A stretch of 64,000 nucleotides of DNA from Octopus bimaculoides (GCF_001194135.2 NC_068982.1:77132529-77196528), one strand, 5' to 3'; positions 1 through 11,850 are shown, counted from the first letter of the stretch. Numbers and translations are program-made. The notes: generated by a model from the letters alone, not told the origin.

Positions 1-813
1 CCCCAATGTTTGACTGGTACTTATTTACCTACTCTAATGACTTTCAGGTGTTTTAACACCTGTCACTTTGAGAGAATGGTTTCCACCATACTAAATTGCA
101 GCCTACCAGCAAATACAAAGTGTATAAAGGGTTAAGACCCCCCTTCAGTCATGAGTGACCATAGGATTGCACCTAGAAAGTTATCCTCCAAGGCACGAGT
201 CCGAGCAAGGTTCTTTATGGAAGACCAACAGTTGCCCATACATACCAACCTTCCTTCTCCATGCCATCAGTGTTATCCGAGGGAAAGGCAAACACCAATA
301 CAGCTTGGCACCAGTGACGTCACAACCCATTTCTACAGCTGAGTGAACTGGAGCAACATGAAATAGAGTCTAGCTCAAGAACACAACACAACACTAACCA
401 CTGAGCCATGTGCCTCCACAAAGTGAATACGTGAATTATATATGGTTGATAATGTTTATTACACTAGTGCTGCTTCTATTTCATATCTGAATAAAAGACA
501 ATGTTGACCTTGGTGCAATTTGAATTCAGAACATAAAGAGCTGGATGAAATGCTACTAAGCATTTGTCTGACACACTATGAATTCTGCCAGCTAAGCATC
601 CAAATGATAATAGTTCTTTCTGCTATAGGCACAAAACCTGAAATTTTGGGGGATGGGACTTGTTGATTTCATGACTTGTATTAGTTTTATCAACCCTGAA
701 AGGAAGAACCGCAATGTCAGCCTAGGCAAAATTTGAATTCAAAATGTAAAGCTAGAAGAAATGCCACTAAGCATTTTTTCCAGTGCATTAATGCTTCTGC
801 TTGCTCACCACCC

Positions 814-867
<54 letters not shown>

Positions 868-868
<1 letters not shown>

Positions 869-1325
869 CATTAATATAACTGTCCCAATCGATATAAATG
901 TATCTGTCAAGACCTACGTATAAAGATCTTGAAATAGAAATTAGCAAAATGTGGAACCTGAAGACTAAAACAATACCTTTTGTCATAGGTGCCCTAGGAA
1001 TGACAGCAAAAGGGGCTGATTGCTACCTAACTCAGATACCGGGAATCCCCATAATGGCAGAAATTCAAAAGACAGTGCTCATGGGAACTGCCCATATCCT
1101 ACGTAAAATACTGTCTATGTAATCTCAAATTTTAAAACAAGCACTTAATTTTCTTATGGTTTCTTAAACATTCTCTAGAACAACGCTATGTACAAATCCA
1201 AATATATGGCACCCTAGGCATAACACCAACATGAACTTCTAACATGTTGTCTCTTGAGGTCTCTGGATGAGCCAACTTGTACAAATGCAAAGCAAAAGTC
1301 AAACATAAAATAATAATAATAATAA
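868..1325 (+). mobile_element. R4/Dong-like non-LTR retrotransposon, 3' fragment (RLE domain + UTR)
   Basis: Encodes ...DLEIEISKMWNLKTKTIPFVIGALG...IQKTVLMGTAHILRKILSM*; flanked by (AAT)n on both sides. Confidence 0.8.
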
Positions 1326-1879
1326 TCCTTACTACTATAGGTACAAGGCATGAAATTATGGGAGAGGGGTAAGTCAATTACATCAACCACAGTGCTCAAC
1401 TTGTACTTATTTTATCAATCTCAAAAGGATGAAAGTAAAATCAACCACAGCAAAATTTGAACTCAGAATGTGAAGACAGACAAAACACCCCTAAGAATTT
1501 TGCCCAGCCTGCTAATAATTCTGCTAGCTCGCAGTCTTAATAGTAATAATAATAATGATGGACTCTCTAGTCAAAGATGACGTATGAGTGTTCAGCTTTT
1601 ATTGAACAACCTGCACAAATGATTTGTTTATAGTGATCAAATGTATGTGCTGTAAATTAGCTCACTCTCTCCATCAAATCAACATTGCCTGAACAGGTGC
1701 TTGGTGTACCATGCGTTAGTCAGCAAAGTGATTGCAGAGCAATGTGAGATGAAGTGTTTTTCCCAAGAACACAATGCACTACCTGGTCTAAGAATTGAAA
1801 CCACAATCTCACTATCATGAGTGCAACATCTTAACCACTAGGCCATGCATCCTCACATGATATTATTTTTATTGCCTAG

Positions 1880-2215
1880 TAATTGACTCTACAGTCCCAA
1901 ATGATGAGAAAGACAGTATGAGAGGTATAGAGAAAATAGCAAAGCACCAGAACTTAGCCATTGAGCTACAGAGAAAAGTGCAGCTAAAATGTATCCCTGT
2001 AGTTATAGGTGCATTAGGAATTATTCCTAAAGATTTGAACGGATGGTCAGAAGAAATAGGCATAGAACCTTAGTTTAGTGCAACTCCAGAAAACTGTATT
2101 ATTAAGCACAGCTAGAGTACTTAGGAAGGTTTTTAGCATTTAAGGTTACTTGTTGTAGTCTGATGTTAGGAATTTTTCCCAACAATCTAGTCTGTTGTGT
2201 ATATGAAGTAATAAT
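1880..2215 (+). mobile_element. R4/Dong-like 3' fragment, second subfamily
   Basis: DSTVPNDEK...LAIELQRK...CIPVVIGALGIIPKDL; ends in (AAT)n; near-identical in type to 34283-34590. Confidence 0.75.
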
Positions 2216-2520
2216 AATGATAATATATGCAGAATATAGGATGGTGCTTTTCTGTTGACCTAGGAGATTTGTGTCACCAGACCACAAGATAAAATCCCTA
2301 ACTAAATTAGAATGTACTAGCATAATAACAGTAATAATAATTCTTTCTGCTATAGGCACAAGGATTGAAATTTTGGTATTTATTTTATTGACCTCAAAAG
2401 GATGGAAGACAAAGTCAACAATGGCAGAATTTGAATTCAGAATGCAAAGTTGAAGAAAAGCCACTAAGCATTTTGTCCAGTGTGATAGTGACTCAGCCAG
2501 CTCACCACCATAATAATAAT

Positions 2521-3554
2521 AACAAGAGCACTCAGAGAGCGTAAACCTCTGCCAAGGCAACACCAACGTTCTCTCAACGATTAGCCAGAGGTGATTTTTA
2601 AAATGAGAATATCTGAAATAAATCCAACTGCTCTCAAAAACGAGAATACTAAAAATGAACCCGACCGTTCTCAAAAATGAAGTAAAAAAAAACCGGAAAA
2701 TACCAGAACCCTTGTCCTGTACCTGACTGATCCCAATGGTGGTCATGGAATGTAAAGGTGGGAGTGTGGGTCATGTTTGTAATGCTGTGTGTGTGTCGTC
2801 TGCAGTGGGAACAAGGACAGTTTTCTCTATGAAGGCTTTTTTAGTCTATCCACTGATATAGTGTCTTTACAACCATTAAAGTCTATAGTGAAAACTTTAT
2901 TTGTGCATGAAAGAAAATGGAAAGGACTTGCATACAGTGCTGTTAACAGAGGTTTAACAGCATCGTTGCACACAAAAACGTGAGTCCAAGAAGTAAAGCT
3001 TCCTTCAAAGCAGAGCTAGAAATGCAATTGTAAAGTAGGTAAGAGGTTTTAAACAGGAGTGATATATTCAAAAGTGGTAAAACTAAAAATTGTCGAGGAT
3101 AAATTAAATTTATTATTGTTACTGAATATGTTAGCATTATTTAATTTCTGGATGGTTTTGCTGTCGTTTGATTTCTTTATCCCTCAGTTTCTACTAAGAC
3201 AGAGATGCGAATAAAATTAATAATAGAGCAACGAAAATAAAACTTTGGAAACAGCAACGCCATCATAACTTAAGTGGAAACTATGAGCATGTTTTCAAGG
3301 GAGATAATTAGAGAAAGACCTGAAAGTGAACGTAAGGTCATAATGCTTCATGTGAAGTAAATATAACAAATAATCCAGAATCCTTGTCCAGTACCAGATC
3401 AATCCCTAAATCTAATTAGTTTGTGCCAGTCACAAGGTCAACCATCCCTGAAAGCTTCATCCGAATCCATCTAGCGGTTCTTGAGATAACTTGTCCATGG
3501 ACAAACAAACACAACTGAAAACAATACCTCCGCCTTCGCTAAGGTAGAGGTAAT
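2521..3554 (+). mobile_element. Helentron-associated non-autonomous element (HINE-like)
   Basis: 5' AACAAGAGCACTCAGAGAGCG followed by subterminal repeat ACCTCTGCCAAGG (2545-2557); 3' ACCTCCGCC-ttcgctaa-GGTAGAGGT hairpin (3526-3551); sits in (AAT)n. Confidence 0.6.
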
Positions 3555-3599
3555 AATAATAATATTAATAATAATAATAATAATAATAATACAATAAAA

Positions 3600-4625
3600 G
3601 CTATACTACATGCAAAAACCCTAGAACTAAATGGAATCGGGAAGAATATAAACTAGTAATGGAAACATACTACACGGTGGTAGTCACACCATCAGAAGAT
3701 AACATGACAAAAAGGACTTATCAATTATGGAGACAACAAAATCCGACTTCAAGGTTAAATATGGATCCCAACAAGTTAGGGAATGTCTGAAGAGATATCA
3801 TTAAAAACAGGAGGCTCACAGACACTGAGCTGGATGAAATAAAAGAAAAAGTCAACAGATCTCACTGTATAACACCAAATACAAATGAAATAGAAATAGA
3901 GACTACAGAAAACCGAGAAGAGGATGTATTCGAGGAACCCTCTGTTGGCAATAATGTAATAGATGAGATAAAATCAACAACAATAGAACCACTAAATATA
4001 ACATCACTAAACCAACAAGCCTATGCTACAGCTGCAGCTATTACTGAAGCAAAAGGCAAAAAACTAAAAAAGAAAACTGCTCAACAGAAGAAAAGACAAC
4101 CAAAATGGAAAGAAAACTTAGAAAAGGATATACAATGCATGAGAGGCGACCTATCAATACTGACCGAAATAAGTAACAGAAGCCAGGTCAACCAAAGAAA
4201 AGCCAAGAAAATATGCAAAAAGCATGGGATCAAACAAAAAAAAAAATTAAATACCTGAAGCAAAAGAAAACCTAAAGCAAAAAAATCCAAGCAAAGGTAC
4301 AGCGACTGTCACAATATATCAAGAGAAGCAAGCAATTTAGACAAAAGAAATTTTACAGGGAACTCAGTAAACAACAAATAAATGTTGAGCAACTGCCAAA
4401 GAAAGAGGATATGGTAAACTTCTGGAGTATGATATGGGAAAATGAAAAACAACATAATGAAGATGCAGAATGGATTAAGGAACAAGAAACACTCCTGGAA
4501 AATAAAGAAGTACAAGAATGGGAAGATATTCAAAAGGAGGAGGTCACCCTGGCCCTGAAAAAGGCCTGCAATTAGAAGTCACCAAGAATAGATTGAGTAC
4601 CAAACTTCTGGATCAATATATGGAT
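3600..4625 (+). mobile_element. R4/Dong-like ORF remnant (pre-RT region to RT domain 0)
   Basis: Broken frames give QPKWKENLEKDIQCMRGDLSILTE, NFWSMIWENEKQHNEDAEWIKE and KSPRID*VPNFWI. Confidence 0.7.
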
Positions 4626-4875
4626 TAAATTTATGCATAATAAAAGTGACTAAAAATTTAAGGCAATGAAGCTAAAATAATATAAACATAAGTATAAATA
4701 TAAAAATAAAGGACAAAGTGGTAACCAGAAAAGAGACCATTCAAATCTATCTCTACGATCGTTTCAAAAGATGTTGCCTCACTCAGTAATGTAGAATCCA
4801 TTAAGGAAATCCAAAGGCAATGACCTTTTCATCAGGAAAAACTTACAAAGGTCTCACATTTCTGGTTGTCAAACT

Positions 4876-6288
4876 ATGATTTCTTTTATTGCCCACAAGG
4901 GGACAATACAAGGACAGACAAACATATAAGTAGGAACCAAAAAAATGGTAAATGAATGGACAAGATGAAAAAGAACAATGAAATGGAATAACAGCCACTC
5001 AATCCCACATCTGAGCGACTTAATTTAGACCCTTTTAAACAAGTCATATATAAATCATTAAAGTCCACCATTGGTGGGAACTTACTTAAATTGATTGTCT
5101 CTGTTTCCGTTCTTAGGTCCAAAATTTCAGTCCCATATTTTTTAATTAGGCAGTTCTTTTCCTCCTCACTCACCAGGATGCAGCCGAAGTTCTTAGTTAA
5201 ACCCTCTTTTCCCATCAAGACCACCAACATAGGTGAGTTTATTTCCTTTTTTAATTCTGTTCTCAATTTTTTGTTCATTTTATTATACACTATCGCGTAA
5301 CACATTTTGGGGGGAGGGGGAGGGGAATTTTGGGCACTTAGATGTCTGTGTAAGGAGGGGCAGGGTGAGGGTTGATGACTGCAGGGAGAGGGTAGGACAG
5401 CAAAGTATCAGGTGGGGTTCACATCTTTTCCTCAGTTCTTTTCTTTGCTTTTTTCCTCTTTTTGACTTGCTTTTTCCATTTCCCTTGGTCTTCTCCCTTG
5501 TCTGGTTCCTCCTTGCAAGCACACGATGTCACTGGAGGTGCGGTTTTCTTGTTTGGTAGAGGGCGTTCTGCTTTAATGTGACCTTTTTCACCACATTTAA
5601 AGCAACAGAGCATCCTACCCTCCACCATGACTCGCAACTTTACATCCTCACCAACTGTGAGTTTCCACCATCCTTTCCAAATCTACCGTGGTGGCCTAGA
5701 TTACCATTTCCAGGCCCTGCTCTTGCCAATTCCTTGGTGACACTCTCTTGGCCTGGAGGACCACAATTTTGTCCTCCATTCCTAACAGGATGGTGGCTAC
5801 CAGCCAGGCAACATCCACGTCAGGAGGGATCTCTTCTACCCTTACCCTAGAAGCACATCTTCCTAGGTATATGAGCAGAAGGACCACTTCGTCTGTTTGG
5901 AGGGGAGTCATGGCATGCTGCCTGGCCACAGCTTCTGACAAACTACACCTCCACCATTGCAAATTTACTTCTTCTAGCGAGGTATTTTTCTTCCTTCCAT
6001 ATGGGCCTCAGAGCCCTTTCAACCTCTGATTTGGTTGTGACCTCTATTCGTTGGTGGCATATCTTTGAATCTTTTAAAATCTCCTAGGCGTACGTCTTCA
6101 CCACCTCTGTAAATTTCTTCACCTCTCTTGCTTCCAGCTCCTCTTCAAACAACGATAAGTCTGAGGAGCTAATCTTTTCTGTTAACATTCAAACAAGGGG
6201 GGGAAAACGTTAACAGTAAATAAATAGTAAAAACATTAAACTTACAATACAAGTAGTTAAACAAACAAAAACGAGATAGAATCAACTG
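4876..6288 (-). mobile_element. Tx1/L1-like ORF1-only element, unit 1
   Basis: ORF1 remnants (ORF track 5696..5962 and 5419..5637) with V.VEGR..CFKCGEKGHIKAE zinc knuckle; AATAAA on minus at 4890-4885 next to the junction motif; no endonuclease or RT motifs seen. Confidence 0.6.
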
Positions 6289-6303
6289 TCTGGTTGTCAA
6301 ACT

Positions 6304-7907
6304 GTTTTCTTTATTGCCTACAAGGGGCTAAGCATAGAGGGGACACTACAAGGACAAACATATAAGTGGGGAAAAAAAAGATGGAATGAAGGCCACTTGA
6401 TACCACATCCGAGCGACCTCACTTAGCTCTTTTGACACACTTTTATTTCTTCTTTACAACATTAAATGTTACATTCAAGGTGATGAAAGGCCACCTTTGG
6501 TGGTAGCTTACTCACATCTATTTCCTTTAATAGGTCCCTATCTTATCTCCAAATTTTTTCTTTAGCGTAATCCTCTCTTCATTGCTCACTATTGTGCACT
6601 TAACGTGTTCAGGCCAATCCTTATATTTTGAAATGTCCACTGGCAAATGAGAGTTTATTACAGTTCTTAATACATTGGCATACAAAATAGCATACGTTTT
6701 TTTCCCCTTTTTGCATTTTCTTTCCTTGGTTGGGTGGGGGGGGTTCCACATGCTTTGCCTCAGTTCTTTTCTTTCCTCTTTTCCGTTGCAGAAGTCCATC
6801 CTTCTTTCTCTTCTTCCTTCTTGTTCTCACACAACATCACAAGAGGTAGTGGTGAGGCTTCTTTCATCGATTCTTTTGTGCTAGGTGGAGGGCATTCTGC
6901 TTTTATGTGATCTTTTTTGCCACATTTAAAGCATCGAGGTGTCCTGCCCTCCACCATGACACTCAACTTTACGTCTTCACCAACTGTGATGGCTTCCACC
7001 ATCCTCTCCAAATCTACCAGGGCGGCTTGGATTACCATTTCCAGGCCCTTCCCTTGCCAATTCCTTGTAGAAACTCTCTTGGTCTGGAGGACCACAATTT
7101 TGTCCTGCATTCCCAATTGGATGGGGGCTACTAGCCAGGCAACATCTACCTCAGGAGGTATCTCCTTTACCCTTACCCTAGAAGCATGTCTTCCCAGGTA
7201 TATGGGCAGAAGGACCACTTCATCTGTCTTGAGGGGAATCACAGTATGCTGCCTGACAACAGCCTCTGATGCAAACTGCACCTCCACTGTTGCAAATTTC
7301 TTTCCTCTAGTGAGGTATTTTATTTCTTCCCATATGGGATGTGGTTGCAACCTCAGTTCATTGGTGTTTTTCACTGTAAGTTCAGTACAGTATAGTTCTT
7401 CTTGTTACCTCTGGCAAGGTAAGAAATTCCCTGCCAGATGAGTTTTAGTGCCTTTTCAATTTGATTTGTAGTCATCATTTCAATTTTCCTGATTTCAATA
7501 CTGTAAGTCCTGTAGACTATAACTTTTTCCTTCATCTTCTGTATGACTTCTTGGGGAGGAGTCACCTTTACGTTGTGCCCCTCCCTATGAAGCATATGCT
7601 TTTATTTACCAATTTCTTTGTTAAGGCTTTTGGCCACGGCTGCAAAATTCATTTTATTTTCTCCTTTCCTGTCCACCACAGAAATTGCTCTCAGCAATTC
7701 TTCCTCTGAAGATGTGAATTGTGAGGAACTCAGGTTTTTATAATCCATTTCATAACTGTGCTACCCACTTTAAAACAAGGGGGAAAGCGACAACAAAACT
7801 GCTGTAAGGCAGCAAAAACAAGAGTCTTAAGACACAACAATTGACAAAAATACAACTGGATAAACACTTTAACTAACCTTTAGAACAACATAATGAACTG
7901 CTTCAAA
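6304..7907 (-). mobile_element. Tx1/L1-like ORF1-only element, unit 2
   Basis: 204-aa ORF 6760..7374 with CFKCGKKDHIKAEC (CCHC), clearly homologous to unit 1; AATAAA on minus at 6315-6310. Confidence 0.6.
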
Positions 7908-7972
7908 TCTGATTGTCAGACTATTCAAAAAATGGTGTAGGGAGGTAAAATATATAGTGTTCAATGACATAA

Positions 7973-8153
7973 AATAATCAGACAAATTAAAATCAGAATT
8001 TTAGTGGATTCAAGTGAGGATTAGTCCATTGTCCATTTCAAAAATTAATAATTAAATTAAGAGAAATAATCAGACAAATTAAAATCAGAATTTTAGTGGA
8101 TTCAAGTGAGGATTAGTCCATTATCCATTTCAAAAATTAATAATTAAATTAAG
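7973..8153. repeat. Tandem duplication of an ~90-bp AT-rich unit
   Basis: ataatcagacaaattaaaatcagaatttttagtggattcaagtgaggattagtcca... occurs twice with no N gap between copies. Confidence 0.8.
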
Positions 8154-8199
8154 ATAAAGAATTTGCTGCAGGTCCTACTCAACTTCAATTCAAGATCAA

Positions 8200-8960
8200 G
8201 GCTCAGGTGGTTCTGAAACATCTCATTTTAATTTTTGTATATACTCAAGAAGGTTGAGAAAAACCTATGATTACAAAAAGGGATCACATCAGAAAATTTA
8301 TTAAGGAGTTTTGGCCCAAAACATTTAAGAAACAAGTACGATTCTCTCAAGTATAACCTACATTTGCTAAAATTAGCATTAAAGTGGAGGCCTTCTTCCT
8401 CCACTTCAAATCATGAATATAAGATGCCAGCACGGTAGAATTAGAGTATTTGGCATTTGAAAATGAGCTCATGTGGACGCTATATCTCCTTTTAAAATCA
8501 GTAGTGTTTCTGATATATCCCCTAACCAAATTATTCTCTCCTTTAACTATACATTTATAGACTATGTTTTTTTCTTAAGCAGACATTAATTTGGGGTTCT
8601 GCAATTACAACTAAATTTTGGAGTCCCATCAATCCCTGTATATTTAATGGGGGCTCCATTTTTTCTCCTGCATGAACATTCCTAAGCACTGAATCTTCAA
8701 CACCTGAAAGTAGTGAAGAGTGCAATAATCCATCATTGTCCCCTGGATTATTAACTATACTATTTGTAAGCACATTTGAAACAGGTGCCAAATTTCGCCT
8801 TCCATTTATTTTATTTCTATTTGAAGAAGAAATAATGGACCCCAAGTTTGGTTTTACCAAGTATGAAAATTTGATTAATGATCTATTGCAAAAAGAATAT
8901 TTGTGGCCTTTCGGGAAATTTTTCTCCAAAATTTTGAAGAACAAACTAAGCAAATATATA
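8200..8960 (-). mobile_element. Penelope-like element fragment (thumb/linker + GIY-YIG remnant)
   Basis: KILEKNFPKGHKYSFCNRSLIKFSY..PNLGSIISSSN and GYIRNTTDFKRRYSVHMSSF...TVLASYIHDLK. Confidence 0.6.
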
Positions 8961-8964
8961 TATA

Positions 8965-9280
8965 TCATCATCATCATTTAATGTTCGTGTTCTATGCTAG
9001 CATGGATGGGACGGTACCACAAGAGCTGGCCAGGCCAAAGCCTGTACCAGACTTCTGTGACTGTTTTGGCAGGATTTTTACAGCTGAATGCCCTTTCTAA
9101 CACCAACCACTCAGCAGAGTAGACTTAGTACTTTTTATGTGACATAAGCACAGGCGAGGTCAGTTTTGGCAAGGTTTTTACAGGTGGATGCCCCTCCGAA
9201 CACCAACCCCTTTGCAGTGTGGACTGGGTGCTTTTAAGTGGCACCTGCGCTGACAGGGTCACCAAGTACTTGCAAGACAA
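8965..9280 (-). mobile_element. RTE-associated non-autonomous repeat ending in (GAT)n
   Basis: Shares aaaagcaccc...ggcatcca(g/c)ctgtaaaaac...ccatgc(c/t)agcat...(GAT)n with 14060-14240, 25625-25840 and 31190-31330. Confidence 0.6.
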
Positions 9281-9513
9281 AAACTTTTAAGAGGGGAGGA
9301 GGTGATGATGAAAAAGTTATAGTATGACAGATATAGGTATGTTGCTGAAGAGAGGAGGTACAAGGTTACCCAGCCAGAGAGAGAACGATTAGGGATGAAG
9401 ATAGAAACAGGTGTGCTACCACAAAGAAAATATATGGTTGCTCAGCCTGCGGGAAGTGCAGGAGAAGGAGAGAGTGGGAGATGCAGGATGGAAATGGTGT
9501 CACACACACACAC

Positions 9514-9780
9514 ACGGGCATATGGTGTAGTGGTTAAGAGCACGGGCTACTAACCCCAAGATTCCAAGTTCAATTCCAGGCAGTCACCTAAATAATAATA
9601 ATAACAACAACATCAAAAAATACCTTAGAAATGAGAAACCAGGTTCGAAATTTCCCTAAGACACCTAATGAAGGGTGGAGGGTATATCAACTGAAACGTT
9701 GTAACAAACAAGGTGAGGACAAATATCCATCAATTGTGAATAATGTACATAATTCCTCATCTCTTAAATATAGAACTGTA
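9514..9780 (+). mobile_element. tRNA-headed SINE-like element with decayed hammerhead motif
   Basis: A box TGGTGTAGTGG; anticodon-like loop ctACTaa; B box GTTCAATTCC; then acac-CTAATGA-a-gggtg..caact-GAAACGTT at 9661-9700; homologous to 10460-10681. Confidence 0.7.
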
Positions 9781-9829
9781 TTTCAATTAATGCTCAATAA
9801 ACATTATATTTACATTAATGTGACATGAG

Positions 9830-10200
9830 CACAATATCATCAGAGGAAAAAAGATATACATTTGGATGTTATATGTATGGTTCTGAATTCTGCTAAAATG
9901 AAACCAAAATGTTCTGATGAATGTGTAATGTTAGCATGCTTGAATGACAAAATACAAATATATTGAGAGAAAAACTGGGCATCAGAGGAATTGGATGTGG
10001 TGTGTAAGAAAGAAGATATCATTGGTATGGACGTGTATTGATGAGGACAGCAGTATAAATAAGTACTGCTCAATGTATAGAGAACTTGCAGAAGAGGAAG
10101 GCATGGGAAACATGTGAGATGAAATAATAAAAACTGGTTTCAGGGCCATCGACCTCATGAAGACAAAGGACCATCTTAGTAAGCAGAACTGCTTGCTTCC
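9830..10200 (+). mobile_element. RTE-clade LINE 3' ORF fragment, decayed
   Basis: LREKLGIRGI...HWYGRV..DEDS-like remnants; same family as 23861-24830. Confidence 0.6.
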
Positions 10201-10459
10201 CCCAGCTTTTCCTCTGATAGCATTCATCTTTCTTACGATCCTGAACCATTTAATTTATCCATCCTTCATTCTTAATACTGTCCTCACTATCCACATTTCA
10301 CATTGATCACCACCCCCAATGAACCACCTAATTACCTTCCCTCCTACACTATCATATATCTCTCACTCTCCATACACTACACTTTATTGGCAACAGGAAG
10401 AGCATCCACCTGCAAAATCCTGTCTCAGATAACTCCTCATCCAAAACCATGTAAACAGA

Positions 10460-10681
10460 GAATTAGAACATTATTTACATTCGACGGATATTTGTCATCT
10501 TGTTTGTTAATACGTTTCAGCTGATATACCCTCCAGCCTTGGGGAAATTTTGAACCTGGGTTCTCATTCCTAAGGTATTTTTAAATGTTATTATCATTAT
10601 TGTTCAGGTCACTGCTTGGAATCAAACTCGGAATCTTGGGGTTAGTAGCCCGCGCTCTTAACCACAATATTATGCCTGTGG
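10460..10681 (-). mobile_element. Second copy of the tRNA-head/hammerhead cassette, contiguous with the PLE 3' end
   Basis: Reverse complement aligns with 9514-9780; the CTGATGA half of the core is deleted here, but stem II ggctg/cagct and GAAACGT remain. Confidence 0.7.
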
Positions 10682-10694
10682 GTAATTATGGAGC

Positions 10695-11850
10695 TTATAA
10701 ATCTAATATTTTTCTATCCTTCCTTAATATTGGTTCCCATATGCTGCTCATATCTGCTTAGGAGGTTGTTGTGTCCTAGCATATGTACTGCTTCTTTTAG
10801 TTTTCATATTTTCCAGTGGTGTTCTCGGTCTATTATTTTAACTTCATCCCACAGGGGAAGGTGGTCTCCATTTTTCCATACATGATCAGCTACACCCAAT
10901 TTATCAATATCTCCTCATGTCACAGCTTTGCGATGTTTGTCTATCCTTATTTTGAGGGGGCGGCATGTTTAGCCTTTGTATAACCTACCACAGCTGCATG
11001 GGATGGAGTACACGCAGTCTTTGGTCATATTCTCTTCTATTGGTGGTTTTACTCAAAGGAGATATTTGCGAAGTGTTGTAACACTCTTGAATACTGTCCT
11101 ATGGGCCTCATCTTTTTGGACAGGCCTTTCACATAGGGTAGACAGACTGGACAGTTTATTGGCCTCATCCTCTCTTCTTCCTAATTGGAGTGGATAGTAT
11201 ACTTTTGGGGTAGTTGTTGCTTAACAGATCATTTCTTCATGGTGTGTATCACAATTACTACTTATATTCTTTGCATGATGTTTTAGGCACTGAGCAATCC
11301 CCCTCTTTACACTGTATGGATGGTGGGAATTGAAGTTGAGGTATCGTCCAGTAAAGGTTGGCTTATGGTATACAGATGTCCTGAATCCATATTTGGTACA
11401 TGTTATTAATACGTCCAGGAATGCCAGCTGATTGTCTTTTTCCTTTTCTATTGTGAACTGCATGGATGGCTTTATTGAGTTCACATGAGCTAACAGCACT
11501 TGGACATCTTCCTGGTGAGGCCAGAGTATAAAGGTGTCATCAACATATCAGCCATAGTGTTGGTTTTAGTGGTGTTGATCCTAAAGTCAACAGGGTATAA
11601 CTGATCATGTATGGAAAAATGGAGACCACCTCCCCCTATGGGATGATATGGTATATGTGCAGATCTGTAATCCATGTCATAAAATGGTACCATTAGTATC
11701 ATCCTCTCTCTGGCTCTCCCTTTCCTGAGATGGTCCTGCCTACTCTTCAATATTCTCGGCAAAATATAAAGATCCATATAGTCTCCACATCAACACTTTC
11801 AAGTTATATGTGTAGCATCTATTATTACAACATCCTGGTTCAACACATAT
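10695..11850 (-). mobile_element. Penelope-like element, 5'-truncated (RT C-terminal half + GIY-YIG endonuclease)
   Basis: HVNSIKPSMQFTIEKEKDNQLAFLDVLI...VYHKPTFTGRYLNFNSHHP (11221..11499); VYSIPCSCGRLYKG*TCRPLKIRIDKH; ORF ends IWEPILRKDRKILDL* with the stop at 10697-10695. Confidence 0.85.

Noticed and set aside
2102-2746. 214-aa minus-strand ORF
   Set aside because: It runs across a LINE tail, a SINE and a HINE end, so it is a chance open frame through repeats.
9514-9590. Bona fide tRNA genes (also the heads at 36123, 44155, 52575-52643 and the stretch near 20890)
   Set aside because: Acceptor and anticodon stems do not pair fully and each continues into a repeat body, so they are SINE heads. 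No complete cloverleaf was found.
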